NCBI GenBank assembly: GCA_963769585.1 | Contig: CAVYMJ010000001.1 | Coordinates: 750,178 to 814,177 of the forward strand | Reading direction: 5' to 3' | Length of the DNA stretch: 64,000 nt | Source: an uncultured Actinomycetota bacterium | GTDB lineage: Bacteria > Actinomycetota > Actinomycetes > Propionibacteriales > Nocardioidaceae | Shown here: positions 1 through 8,400 of the stretch, one piece after another | How the letters are laid out: each line of letters starts with the position of its first letter | Position numbering within the stretch: the first letter of the stretch is position 1 | Notes under the pieces: model-generated | Databases searched by the model: none | Told to the model about the DNA's origin: nothing | The model's input: the letters and a program-made list of their open reading frames with translations, nothing else | Program-made: the position numbers and the translations under genes

Positions 1-250
1 TGAAGCCTTCCGGTGGCTGGCCCGAGAGCGGGTCGTAGTCGTACCCGTGCCAGGGGCAGCGAAGCCATCCGTTCTCGATGGACCCCTCTCCCACGGGGCC
101 GCCCTGGTGGGGGCAGCGGTTCTCCAAAGCGCCGAGCGTGCCGCCGCAGCGGGTCAGGGCGACCGACCGGCCGTCGACGACGGTGCTGCGCACCCGGCCC
201 TCTTCAGGCACGTCCGACTCGGTGACCTTGTGCCAGCCGTTCTCGTCCAT
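1..250 (-). CDS. Rieske [2Fe-2S] domain protein (small ferredoxin/NirD-like); C-terminus runs off the window edge
   Basis: Missing from the ORF track because there is no stop codon inside the window. The reverse complement from ATG at 250-248 reads MDENGWHKVTESDVPEEGRVRSTVVDGRSVALTRCGGTLGALENRCPHQGGPVGEGSIENGWLRCPWHGYDYDPLSGQPPEGF. CPH-x16-CPWH is the Rieske cluster-ligand signature. Third codon positions are G/C-rich. Confidence 0.8.
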   Translation of the reverse strand, partial: MDENGWHKVTESDVPEEGRVRSTVVDGRSVALTRCGGTLGALENRCPHQGGPVGEGSIENGWLRCPWHGYDYDPLSGQPPEGF

Positions 251-325
251 CTGTAACGCTCCTCGGTCTCGCGACACTGTTCGTCAGTACAGTCGTCGAA
301 GACCTCGAACCGTTACGGAGCTCTC

Positions 326-940
326 ATGTCCGATCTGGTGACCACCCGGCTCTCCTTGCACGTCGTCGCGGAACTGCTCGTCGCGGGGCCACAGTTCGAG
401 CAGAGCGGCAACATCAAGCTTCGCGTGAGCGAGGGTGGCTTCGCGACGGTGGAGGCACCCGACCTCCGCGTCGAGGGGGTCGTCCTGGTCAACGGCGAAC
501 GCCGGGTCGCGCTCGAGGGCCGGACAGTGGCCCAGGCCGCCCAGGAGGCGGGACTCGAGCCACGGACGCTCGACGATGTGTACTCCGGCGGTTGCGGCCT
601 GACCGCCGAGCACCTGCTGGCCGTCGACGCAGGCTGTGCGGCGGAGATCGCCGAGGGCTTCCGGCGGGGGGACGAGGCTCTGGCGGTGTTCGCACCGGAG
701 GCCGAGCGGGTCCTGTGGCCCGAGCACTTCGACATCGGCATCAGCGTCGGCGAGGTGAACTACGGCGTATCGCCGGGCGACTCGTTCCTCGCGGAGCCCT
801 ACGCGTACGTCGGGCCCTGGACCCCGGGCGAGTACGCCGGCCCATTCTGGAACACGCCCTTCGGCTCAGCCCGACCGATGCGTGAGCTCGACGACGTGGT
901 GGCGTACTTCGCGGAGGGTGCTCGGCTCGTCGTCGGCTGA
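326..940 (+). CDS. conserved hypothetical protein
   Basis: 204-aa ORF with strong G/C bias at third codon positions when read codon by codon. Divergent from the Rieske gene. I recognise no motif. Confidence 0.6.
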   Translation: MSDLVTTRLSLHVVAELLVAGPQFEQSGNIKLRVSEGGFATVEAPDLRVEGVVLVNGERRVALEGRTVAQAAQEAGLEPRTLDDVYSGGCGLTAEHLLAVDAGCAAEIAEGFRRGDEALAVFAPEAERVLWPEHFDIGISVGEVNYGVSPGDSFLAEPYAYVGPWTPGEYAGPFWNTPFGSARPMRELDDVVAYFAEGARLVVG

Positions 941-982
941 GATCGCGGCCTACCGGCTGTTGTGATCTGCGCGGTGGTTGTA

Positions 983-997
983 GATACTCGGAGTATC
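983..997. promoter_or_regulatory. perfect 15-bp palindrome GATACTCGGAGTATC upstream of the P450 gene (candidate operator)
   Basis: Read directly from the sequence. It lies in an unusually AT-rich 89-bp gap, 33 bp before GTG 1030. It shares the core ACTCGGAGT with the palindrome at 19623-19639. Confidence 0.4.
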
Positions 998-1029
998 CGA
1001 CTAAACGGTGTTAACAGTTTGGAGTCTCC

Positions 1030-2382
1030 GTGAGTGTCACTGATGACCGCATGGCCAAGATGAGCCTGTCCGGGGGCGACGTACCGAAGGTCTCGGCGCG
1101 CGCTCTGCCGCCGGGGCCGAAGTGGCCGGTCCTGGTCCAGAGCGCGGCGCTGCTGCGCTTCAGGCACACGTTCGTCCCGTGGGCGCACAAGCGCTACGGC
1201 GACACGTTCACTGTCTCGCTGCTTCCGGGCGGTCGAAGGCTGGTGCTGTTCAGCGACCCGGCCGACATCAAGGAGATCTTCGCCGGGGACCCCGAGGTCT
1301 TCCACGCCGGGAAGGGCAACGCGATCCTCGGCCCGATCATGGGCGAGCACTCCCTGCTGCTGGTGGACTCAGCCGAGCACAGGCGCGCCCGCAAACTGCT
1401 CATGCCGGCGTTCAGCCACGGCCCGCTGAAGGGCTACGAGGAGATCGTGACCACGATCGCCCGCGCCGAGTGCGACACCTGGGAGCCGGGAACACCGTTC
1501 CGGTCGCTGGAGCGGATGAACTCGCTGACCCTCGAGGTGATCATGCGCGTCGTCTTCGGGGTGACCGACGAGGCGCGGCTCGCCGAGCTGCGACCGCTGG
1601 TGAACCGGACCGTGAACATCAAACCGTTCATCCTGCTGGGCTGGGGCTACCCGCGGCTGCAGAAGTACGGGCCCTGGAAGCGGACCGTGGAGAACCAGCG
1701 CGGCCTTGACGCAGTTCTGTACGCCGAGATCGCCGAACGTCGGAAGGCGACCGATCTGGCGTCACGGACCGACGTACTCTCCCAGCTGCTGCTCGTCGGC
1801 GACCACGAGGGAGAGGAGCCGCTCAACGACAGCGAGCTGCGCGACCAGCTCGTCACCCTGCTGCTTGCCGGACACGAGACGACAGCGTCCGCTCTCTCCT
1901 GGGCGCTCTACGAGCTGGCCCGCTCGCCACTGCACCGTGCTCGGGCCCAGCAAGCCGCCGACGACGGCGAGGACGCCTACCTCGAGGCCGTTGTGAAGGA
2001 GTCGATGCGCCTGCACCCCGTCATCCCGATGGTCGTGCGGCTGCTCACCAAGCCGGCCACCATCGGTGGCCGAGAGTTCCCCGCCGGGGTGAACGTCGGG
2101 CCCTCGATCATCTTGAGCCACCTGCACAACTTCGACGATGCCGAGGCCTTCAAACCGGAGCGGTTCCTCGACGGCAAGGTGGCCCCCAACACCTGGATCC
2201 CCTTCGGTGGCGGCGTACGGCGCTGCATCGGTGCGGGCTTCTCGCTCATGGAGGGCGTTGCCGTCCTACGCGAGCTGCTTGCGCGCTACGACGTCGAAGC
2301 CGACGGCGACGACGAGCCCCAGGTCCGCAACATCACCAGTGTCCCCAGGCACGGGGCTCGCATCACGGTGCGGCCCCGCTGA
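1030..2382 (+). CDS. cytochrome P450
   Basis: Heme-thiolate loop FGGGVRRCIGAGFS, I-helix AGHETT and K-helix ExxR (ESMR). GGAG sits about 6 nt before GTG 1030. ATG 1051 or 1060 are alternative starts. Confidence 0.9.
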   Translation: MSVTDDRMAKMSLSGGDVPKVSARALPPGPKWPVLVQSAALLRFRHTFVPWAHKRYGDTFTVSLLPGGRRLVLFSDPADIKEIFAGDPEVFHAGKGNAILGPIMGEHSLLLVDSAEHRRARKLLMPAFSHGPLKGYEEIVTTIARAECDTWEPGTPFRSLERMNSLTLEVIMRVVFGVTDEARLAELRPLVNRTVNIKPFILLGWGYPRLQKYGPWKRTVENQRGLDAVLYAEIAERRKATDLASRTDVLSQLLLVGDHEGEEPLNDSELRDQLVTLLLAGHETTASALSWALYELARSPLHRARAQQAADDGEDAYLEAVVKESMRLHPVIPMVVRLLTKPATIGGREFPAGVNVGPSIILSHLHNFDDAEAFKPERFLDGKVAPNTWIPFGGGVRRCIGAGFSLMEGVAVLRELLARYDVEADGDDEPQVRNITSVPRHGARITVRPR

Positions 2383-3146
2383 TGGCGGCCCTTCCGGATC
2401 CGGAGCGGCTCGGGGGGCTCGGGTGGGCCGAGCGCACCAAAGGGGCGCTGACGCGTGCCGAGCGCCGTCACCTGCTTGCCGAGATCGTGAGGGGTCAGGG
2501 CGGCTACGTCGCCACCCGCGTACGACGGGCCACCGGGCGGGTGCCCGAGGCAGCGCGCGGACTGTCCTTCGCCGATTTCCGGCCACCCGACAGCAAGCTG
2601 GCTCGGTCTGCGGAGGAGGCTGCGGAGGAGCAGAGCCTGTCGGTGAAGCGCCACGGCTACCGCACCTGGGCCTACGGCACTGCCCTTTCCTTCCTCGACG
2701 GCCAGGAGCCTGACCCCGAGGTCTTCTACGTCGCCGCTCTGCTGCACGACTACGGCTGCGACTCGGTCACCGCCGGTGAGGACTTCGTGCTCAGGTCGGC
2801 GCTGCGCGCCGCTCAGGTCGCCGACGATGCCGGCCTGGGAGAGCTCGGCACGCTCATCGGCGACTCGATCAGTGTGCACTCGACCCCGGGCCTCACCGTC
2901 GAGAAGGACGGCGCGCCAGGCTTCTACGTCAGCGCCGGAGCCGCGCTCGACCTGGCCGGACTCCGCTGTGGCGAGGTGCCGAAGTCGTACTTCGACCAGG
3001 TGCACACCGCCCATCCGCGCGAAGGCGACACCAAGGCGTTCGTCGCTCACATCGCGGCGGAGGCGAAGGCCAACCCGAGTGGCCGCTTCGCCCAGCTCCG
3101 TCGCTGCGGCTTCAACCTGCTGCTGCGGGTCAACCCTCTCGACTGA
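2382..3146 (+). CDS. HD-domain-like (metal-dependent phosphohydrolase superfamily) protein
   Basis: The ATG overlaps the P450 stop (TGATG). An H...HD pattern is present (KRHGYRTWAYG ... AALLHDYG). The plus frame has G/C-rich third positions, so the antisense ORF 2286-3167 is rejected. Confidence 0.55.
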   Translation: MAALPDPERLGGLGWAERTKGALTRAERRHLLAEIVRGQGGYVATRVRRATGRVPEAARGLSFADFRPPDSKLARSAEEAAEEQSLSVKRHGYRTWAYGTALSFLDGQEPDPEVFYVAALLHDYGCDSVTAGEDFVLRSALRAAQVADDAGLGELGTLIGDSISVHSTPGLTVEKDGAPGFYVSAGAALDLAGLRCGEVPKSYFDQVHTAHPREGDTKAFVAHIAAEAKANPSGRFAQLRRCGFNLLLRVNPLD

Positions 3147-3230
3147 CTCCAGTCCCCTTCGTGGCACGCGGGGCTCGCTGTGTTCGCCGACCGCCCGGAT
3201 TCGGGGCGGATCCCGACGGAGGAAGAGGTC

Positions 3231-4376
3231 TCAGCCGAAGGCGGAGCGGACCTCGGCCTCGGTGAGGTCGTAGTCGGCCAATGAGTACGTATGTCTGGGG
3301 GCGGTCTTGCCGTGCTGGGACTCGGCGTCGAGGGCGTCGATCGCAGCGAGGTGGTCGGGGCTTAGCTCCAGGCCGAACGCGTCGTAGATGGACCGGACGG
3401 TGCCTCGGGGGTTGCCCACGAAGTCCTGGTAGTCCACGTCGACGAACTGCCTCGGGTCGTACGCCGAGCGCGCCGCCTTGAAGGCGTTGGCTGACGACGA
3501 CCAGAGGTCGAGCTGGGTACGGCCGATCACCGCGCCCTGGAAGACGGTCGACCAGTCCCGGGCCGTCTCCTGGGAGAGGCTGCACGACGACGCGATCGAC
3601 GCCACGGGGTCTCGGTGGGTCTGCACCACGAGCGCGTCCGGGTAGACGCTCATGATCGCGTCGAGCGCGGAGAGGTGCGACGGGTTCTTCAGCACCCAGC
3701 GCTTGTCCTGGTCACCCAGGCCGATGAGCTGGAGGTTCTGCTTGTGCACCTGGTAGGCGGGCGTCCAGTCCTGCGTGCGCAGCCACGAGGTGTACGTCGG
3801 CACAAAGGCCAGCGACTCGTAGCTGTTGGACAGCCCGGCCTGACGCAGCAGCCGCCAGCACTCCTCGACGGAGGCGGCGTCGATGTAGTGGATCCCCAGG
3901 TACTCCGGGTTGGTGACGTGCTGCTCGGCGTACGCCGCGGCGATGCCAGTGAAGATCGGGTCTGACTCCCAGGTCGTACGGGGCGGCCTCGGCTGGGGGT
4001 ACTCGGTCAGCCACAGCTCCAGCCCCTGGGATAGCGGATCCGCACAGAGCAGCCGGTGCAGCGCGGTGGTGCCGGAACGGGGAATGCCGGTGACGAAGAT
4101 GGGCCGTTGGATCTCGACGTCCGCGAAGCCCGGGAAGCGGGTGAGCGCGTCCACGGTGAGCAGCCTGCCGACCAGCGCCCCGCGCAGGAACGTCCGCTGC
4201 ATGTAGTTGCCCTCGCCGGTCAGCTCGGAGAAGGTCGCGTAGTCCGAGAGCAGCAGTCGTAGGCCCTGCTCGTAGACGGGGTCACCGAAGTCGGTCAGGC
4301 CGGTCATCCTGGACGCAGACTCGTGCAGGTCCTCGTAGGTCCCCACCGACTCGCGGGTGCGCGTGGTCAGACTCAC
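3231..4376 (-). CDS. sulfotransferase family protein (mycobacterial Stf-like)
   Basis: PAPS 5'-phosphosulfate-binding loop GIPRSGTTALHRLL. GTG 4376 overlaps the stop of the upstream SDR gene (GTGA); ATG 4307 is the alternative start. The 571-aa track ORF is an over-extension into the SDR gene. Confidence 0.8.
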   Translation of the reverse strand: MSLTTRTRESVGTYEDLHESASRMTGLTDFGDPVYEQGLRLLLSDYATFSELTGEGNYMQRTFLRGALVGRLLTVDALTRFPGFADVEIQRPIFVTGIPRSGTTALHRLLCADPLSQGLELWLTEYPQPRPPRTTWESDPIFTGIAAAYAEQHVTNPEYLGIHYIDAASVEECWRLLRQAGLSNSYESLAFVPTYTSWLRTQDWTPAYQVHKQNLQLIGLGDQDKRWVLKNPSHLSALDAIMSVYPDALVVQTHRDPVASIASSCSLSQETARDWSTVFQGAVIGRTQLDLWSSSANAFKAARSAYDPRQFVDVDYQDFVGNPRGTVRSIYDAFGLELSPDHLAAIDALDAESQHGKTAPRHTYSLADYDLTEAEVRSAFG

Positions 4377-5149
4377 CGATGGAACTCCCCACAGCTCACG
4401 TCGAGCAGGATGCCGGTCACCGCGGAGGCCAGGTCCGAGGCGAGGAACAGCGCAGCGTTGGCAACCTCCTCCGCAGACGCCAGGCGCTTCAGGTCGTTCA
4501 GGTCGGCCTTCTCGTCGTAGATGTCCTGATGGGTGACGCCTCGCTCGGCGGCCAGCCAGTCGAAGTACATCTTGTTGACGTCCTCGTAGATGTACGACGG
4601 AGCGATGCTGTTGACCCGGATGCCGCGTGGGCCTAGCTCGGTGGCCAGCGACTGTGACAGGTGCTGAAGCGCGCCTTTGGTGAGCTTGTACGCCGCGTAC
4701 TCCGGTTGCGACTGCCACAGCACGCCGCTGTTGACCATCACGATGTTGCCGCCCGAGGAGGCCAGCGCGTCGGCGAAGACGGTGGCGAGCGTCAGCGGCG
4801 CGAAGACGTTGGTCTCCATCGCGCGGCGCACCTTGTTGTGGCTGACCGAGGTCAGCGGGTCCATGGGGGGCATCTGGAACGCGTTGTTGATCAGCACGTC
4901 GACCCGGCCGAACTCCTCGAGCGTGGCGTCGAGGAGGTGACGGCACGCCTGCTGGTCGTTCACGTCGGTCGGCACCGCGAGGACCCGGGCCCCGGTCTCG
5001 CTGAGCTCCTTGGCGGCCGCGACCAGCTTCTCCTCGGTGCGCGCGGCGAGCACCAGCGAAGCGCCATGGACCGCCGCCTGGGAGGCGAGCGCGGCACCGA
5101 GCCCGGGACCGAGCCCGGCCAGGACGACGACCTTGTCCTTCAGGATCAT
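4373..5149 (-). CDS. SDR family oxidoreductase
   Basis: MILKDKVVVLAGLGPGLGAALA Rossmann turn, NNAF, catalytic YAAYK (YxxxK). ATG 5149 overlaps the upstream stop (ATGA). Confidence 0.85.
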   Translation of the reverse strand: MILKDKVVVLAGLGPGLGAALASQAAVHGASLVLAARTEEKLVAAAKELSETGARVLAVPTDVNDQQACRHLLDATLEEFGRVDVLINNAFQMPPMDPLTSVSHNKVRRAMETNVFAPLTLATVFADALASSGGNIVMVNSGVLWQSQPEYAAYKLTKGALQHLSQSLATELGPRGIRVNSIAPSYIYEDVNKMYFDWLAAERGVTHQDIYDEKADLNDLKRLASAEEVANAALFLASDLASAVTGILLDVSCGEFHR

Positions 5150-6276
5150 CCGATCAGCCTTCCTGCGACGCCGCGCTGCCGGCCAGCGATGCGCGTCGCC
5201 CACTCTTGGTCGGTGACCTGGTTGGACGGGTAGAAGGGCAGTACGTCGGGCAGCGAGGAGACCGGCACAACCTGCAGGGTCGGCCCGTCGGTCACCGGCG
5301 CATCGACCCGCTGCCAGCGGAACTGGAGGTAGCCACGGTCGTGGCCGAGCCGCTCCACCCAGTTCGCGACCCCCGGGTTGGTCTCGCTGACGACGAGGCG
5401 GATCAGCCCGTCGGGGTCGACCTGTGCCTGGTGGCCGTTGAGCGAGGTCTGGTGGTGCGTGTACTCCAAGGAGGTGTACCAGGGCGACCCGAGCTGGAAC
5501 CCCAGGTACGGCGCGTCACCACGCGGCACGGTCAGCACGATCGCCTCGTGGTCGGCGACGTCGTAGTGACCCACTGCGGAGTACTGCGACGAGAGCCCGC
5601 CCGGAGTCAGGCGGGGCGCCGTGATCGTGTTGACCGGCTCGTTGAGGTAGAACCACTCGGGAAAGGCGAACCAGGTCCTGATCCGGCCGAGCAGCATCTT
5701 GCCCGCCACCGTGTACCGCTTGGCGACGGCCTGCTCGGTGAGGACCGAGCCCGGCGAGGTCCCGATCGTGTCGACGCGCTCGATCGCGACGGTGCCGCGG
5801 TTGGCGGACCAGTCGTCGTAGACCTCGCGCACGGCGAGCATCGCGGCGCCTTCGGGAAGGTCGTCGAGGTGGAGCACGAAGGTCCCGTCCGGCTCGATGG
5901 TCAGCGACCGGTCATCGAAGGCGATCGACCCGTCCGGGGTCGAAGACGGCGTGTAGTCGCCGTTGAGGAGCTGGAAGGAGAGGTCGACGGTCGTGCCGCG
6001 TCTGCCGCGCACGACGTACGACGAACCGGGCCGCAGGTACGCGTGGTAGTAGACCGTGTCCGGGTTGTCGAGCCCCATCTTGGTGAACTGGTTGGTGCTG
6101 TTGACGAAGAACGGCCGCTCCACGTCGTAGGCCCACGCGAGCTGGAGACAGGCCCGGATCGAGCCCGCCAGGTAGTCCAGCCCCTCGACTCTGTCCTGGT
6201 CGGTCTTGATGAACGGCGCCCCTACGACGAGCTCCTCTGCCTCTTTGCAGGCAGAGAGGAAGGCGTCGAGAGTCAC
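5146..6276 (-). CDS. conserved hypothetical protein (DUF1214-like; assignment tentative)
   Basis: 376-aa ORF whose start overlaps the stop of the LLM gene. Its size and neighbours (SDR, sulfotransferase) match a conserved actinobacterial gene trio. The domain call is from memory only. Confidence 0.6.
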   Translation of the reverse strand: MTLDAFLSACKEAEELVVGAPFIKTDQDRVEGLDYLAGSIRACLQLAWAYDVERPFFVNSTNQFTKMGLDNPDTVYYHAYLRPGSSYVVRGRRGTTVDLSFQLLNGDYTPSSTPDGSIAFDDRSLTIEPDGTFVLHLDDLPEGAAMLAVREVYDDWSANRGTVAIERVDTIGTSPGSVLTEQAVAKRYTVAGKMLLGRIRTWFAFPEWFYLNEPVNTITAPRLTPGGLSSQYSAVGHYDVADHEAIVLTVPRGDAPYLGFQLGSPWYTSLEYTHHQTSLNGHQAQVDPDGLIRLVVSETNPGVANWVERLGHDRGYLQFRWQRVDAPVTDGPTLQVVPVSSLPDVLPFYPSNQVTDQEWATRIAGRQRGVAGRLIG

Positions 6277-7151
6277 TGGTTCACCTTGCTGATGACCGAC
6301 TGCGCGAAGCGCTCGAGATGCTCGACCTTCTTGGCCAGGGGCTCGGTGTCCGGCCCCTTGATGTACGGCAGCCGGAAACCCACGATCACGTCGGTCACAC
6401 CCTTGTCCTCGAGCCGTTTGCAGCCGTCGACGCTGAACGCGTCAATCGAGATGACGTGCTTCTCGAACGGCCGGTCGGCCACTCCCTCCTGCTCTCTGAC
6501 CTTGTCGAGCTTCTCCAGCAGTGCGTCGAGGTCGTCGTGCGGCCCGCCGCCATGCATCCAGCCGTCCCCACGGAGGGCGGCCCGTCGTAGCGCCGCGTCG
6601 GAGTGCCCACCGACCAGGATCGGGATGGGTTGGGTCGGCGCGGGGGTCTGCGTGATCGGCTGGATGTCGTAGAACTCCCCGTGGAACTCGAACTCCTTGC
6701 CGGTGGTGAGACCGCGGACGATGTCGATGCACTCGTCGAATCGCTTCCCGCGCTTCTCCCAAGGCACGCCCATCACTGAGAAGTCCTCACGCCACGGGCT
6801 GATGCCCACTCCCAGGCCCAACCTGTTGTCGGTGAGATAGGCGACGGAGGCGGCCTGCTTGGCGACGAGCACGGGCGGCCGGACCGGCAGCTTGAGCACG
6901 AAGGGAGTGAACCGCAGCGTCGTGGTGACCGCCCCGAGTGCCGCACAGAGCGTCATCGTCTCGATGAACTCCTTGCCCTCGAGGAACTCGCGGTCGCCGT
7001 CCTCTGTGTACGGGTAGGTCGAGTTGGACTGGCTCGGGTAGATGAGCGAGTCGGCAACGGTCATGGAGTGGTAGCCGGCGGCTTCGGCGGACTGCGCCAG
7101 GGGGAGGTAGAACCTTGCATCGGTCATCGCCTCGGCGTACGTGAATCGCAT
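6273..7151 (-). CDS. LLM-class (luciferase-like) F420-dependent oxidoreductase
   Basis: 292 aa. The N-terminus MRFTYAEAMTDARFYLPLAQSAEAAGYHSMTVADS and the segment LGLGVGISPWREDF...KRGKRFDECIDIVRGL are typical of the TIGR03619-type LLM family. Confidence 0.75.
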   Translation of the reverse strand: MRFTYAEAMTDARFYLPLAQSAEAAGYHSMTVADSLIYPSQSNSTYPYTEDGDREFLEGKEFIETMTLCAALGAVTTTLRFTPFVLKLPVRPPVLVAKQAASVAYLTDNRLGLGVGISPWREDFSVMGVPWEKRGKRFDECIDIVRGLTTGKEFEFHGEFYDIQPITQTPAPTQPIPILVGGHSDAALRRAALRGDGWMHGGGPHDDLDALLEKLDKVREQEGVADRPFEKHVISIDAFSVDGCKRLEDKGVTDVIVGFRLPYIKGPDTEPLAKKVEHLERFAQSVISKVNQ

Positions 7152-7161
7152 GGCGCAATAC

Positions 7162-7175
7162 TAGAACGTGTTTCA
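7162..7175. promoter_or_regulatory. KstR-type TetR operator candidate TAGAACGTGTTTCA (fits TnnAACnnGTTnnA)
   Basis: Read directly. It sits in the 45-bp gap between divergent starts 7151 (-) and 7197 (+). It is flanked or overlapped by the -10-like hexamers TAGTAT (minus strand, 7163-7158) and TAGGCT (7185-7190), each 6 nt from its ATG. Confidence 0.55.
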
Positions 7176-7196
7176 GTTTCAGGCTAGGCTCGCGGC

Positions 7197-7625
7197 ATGC
7201 TTGATCTGCAGACCATCTCGGACCGCCTCGAGATCGACGACCTCGTGACGTCGTACACGCGAGCGGTCGACACCCTGGACTGGGCGCGCTTCGACGAGGT
7301 CTTCACGCCGGACGCGACGATCGACTACACCGCGAGCGGCGGAATCAAGGGCACCCGCGACGAGGTGCGCGCGTGGCTCGAGCAGACGCTGCCGATGTTC
7401 TCGGCGATGCAGCACTACGTCGCACAGAAGGAGGTCCGCCTCGACGGCGATACCGCCGAGGTCCGGGTCTACCTGATGAACCCGATGCAGATCATCCAGC
7501 CTGACGGCGAGACGTGGCACATGGACGTCGGCGGCTACTACCTGCACCGGCTGGTTCGTACTCCGCAGGGCTGGCGCAGCCGTGAGCTGGTCGAAGAGCT
7601 CGCCTGGGACCGCAAGCCGCACTGA
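7197..7625 (+). CDS. SnoaL-like / NTF2-fold protein
   Basis: 142 aa. The pattern LEIDDLVTSYTRAVDTLDWARFDEVFTPDATIDY is typical of the SnoaL_4-type family. Confidence 0.7.
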   Translation: MLDLQTISDRLEIDDLVTSYTRAVDTLDWARFDEVFTPDATIDYTASGGIKGTRDEVRAWLEQTLPMFSAMQHYVAQKEVRLDGDTAEVRVYLMNPMQIIQPDGETWHMDVGGYYLHRLVRTPQGWRSRELVEELAWDRKPH

Positions 7626-7629
7626 GCCC

Positions 7630-8400
7630 TCAGGGCCCGAGCAGGCCTCCCACGACGCCGCCCACGAGGTCTTCCACCTCTGACAGCAGGTCGTCCTGAG
7701 CGGGTGAGGCGGAGGGCTCGGCCGGGGCCGGGGCTCGATGTGGCGTCGGGCGTGGGGATGGTGCAGCGCTCGGTGCTGGTTCGCCGGCTGGCCCTTCCCC
7801 GGGGGTTGGTGTGACTGGTGTAGCGGCCGCGGGGGTGGCGGCGGTGGGTCCCGAAGCACTGCTGGGCTGCGCGGCCCGGGCCGGCTGCACCGGTGCGGGT
7901 TTTGCGGCCAGGGTCTGGTGGGCCGAGATCCGCAGTTGCAACGGTGGTTCCGACTGCGGTCCAGCCGGGGCCCCGGCGCCACCCGCGGTCACCAGGACGA
8001 TGGCCGCGCCGGTGCCGGCAGCGGCTGTGGTGGGAAGCACGACGCGAGCGGCCAGGCTCGGCTGCTCCATCCGACGCTTGGGTACGGGTCGGCGCCGTCG
8101 GGTTCCGGCGTACGACCGGCGGGTGGCGACCACGAGGGCCACCAGAGCGACGGCTACCACCGCGCCGCTGGCCGCTACCGCCACGGTGGCGGTCGCGCCG
8201 AGGCCGAGCGAGGCGAGGCCGGTCGTGCAGGCAGAGGCGACTGCGAGCAGGGCACCCGCCACGAGCCGGATAGCCGGGGCCTTGCGCGAGCGCAGTGCGC
8301 GACGGCCGCGCGGGGTGCGGGCCGACATCATCAACGCCGGAAGCAGCAGCACGCCTGACCCGATGAGCCCGGCGCCAAGAGTGGTCGCGATGACCCTCAT
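7630..8400 (-). CDS. membrane protein with Pro/Ala/Thr-rich low-complexity C-terminal half
   Basis: ATG 8400 is preceded by GGAG. Two hydrophobic helices (VIATTLGAGLIGSGVLLLPALMM; LVAGALLAVASAC...VVAVALVALVVA). Third codon positions are G/C-rich in this frame. All other frames open here are judged shadows. Confidence 0.55.
   Translation of the reverse strand: MRVIATTLGAGLIGSGVLLLPALMMSARTPRGRRALRSRKAPAIRLVAGALLAVASACTTGLASLGLGATATVAVAASGAVVAVALVALVVATRRSYAGTRRRRPVPKRRMEQPSLAARVVLPTTAAAGTGAAIVLVTAGGAGAPAGPQSEPPLQLRISAHQTLAAKPAPVQPARAAQPSSASGPTAATPAAATPVTPTPGEGPAGEPAPSAAPSPRPTPHRAPAPAEPSASPAQDDLLSEVEDLVGGVVGGLLGP

Noticed and set aside
1002-1020. TAAACGGTGTTAACAGTTT before the P450 gene as a KstR-type site
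   Set aside because: The AAC and GTT elements are spaced by 3 or 1 nt instead of 2, and it is not a good palindrome apart from the central GTTAAC.
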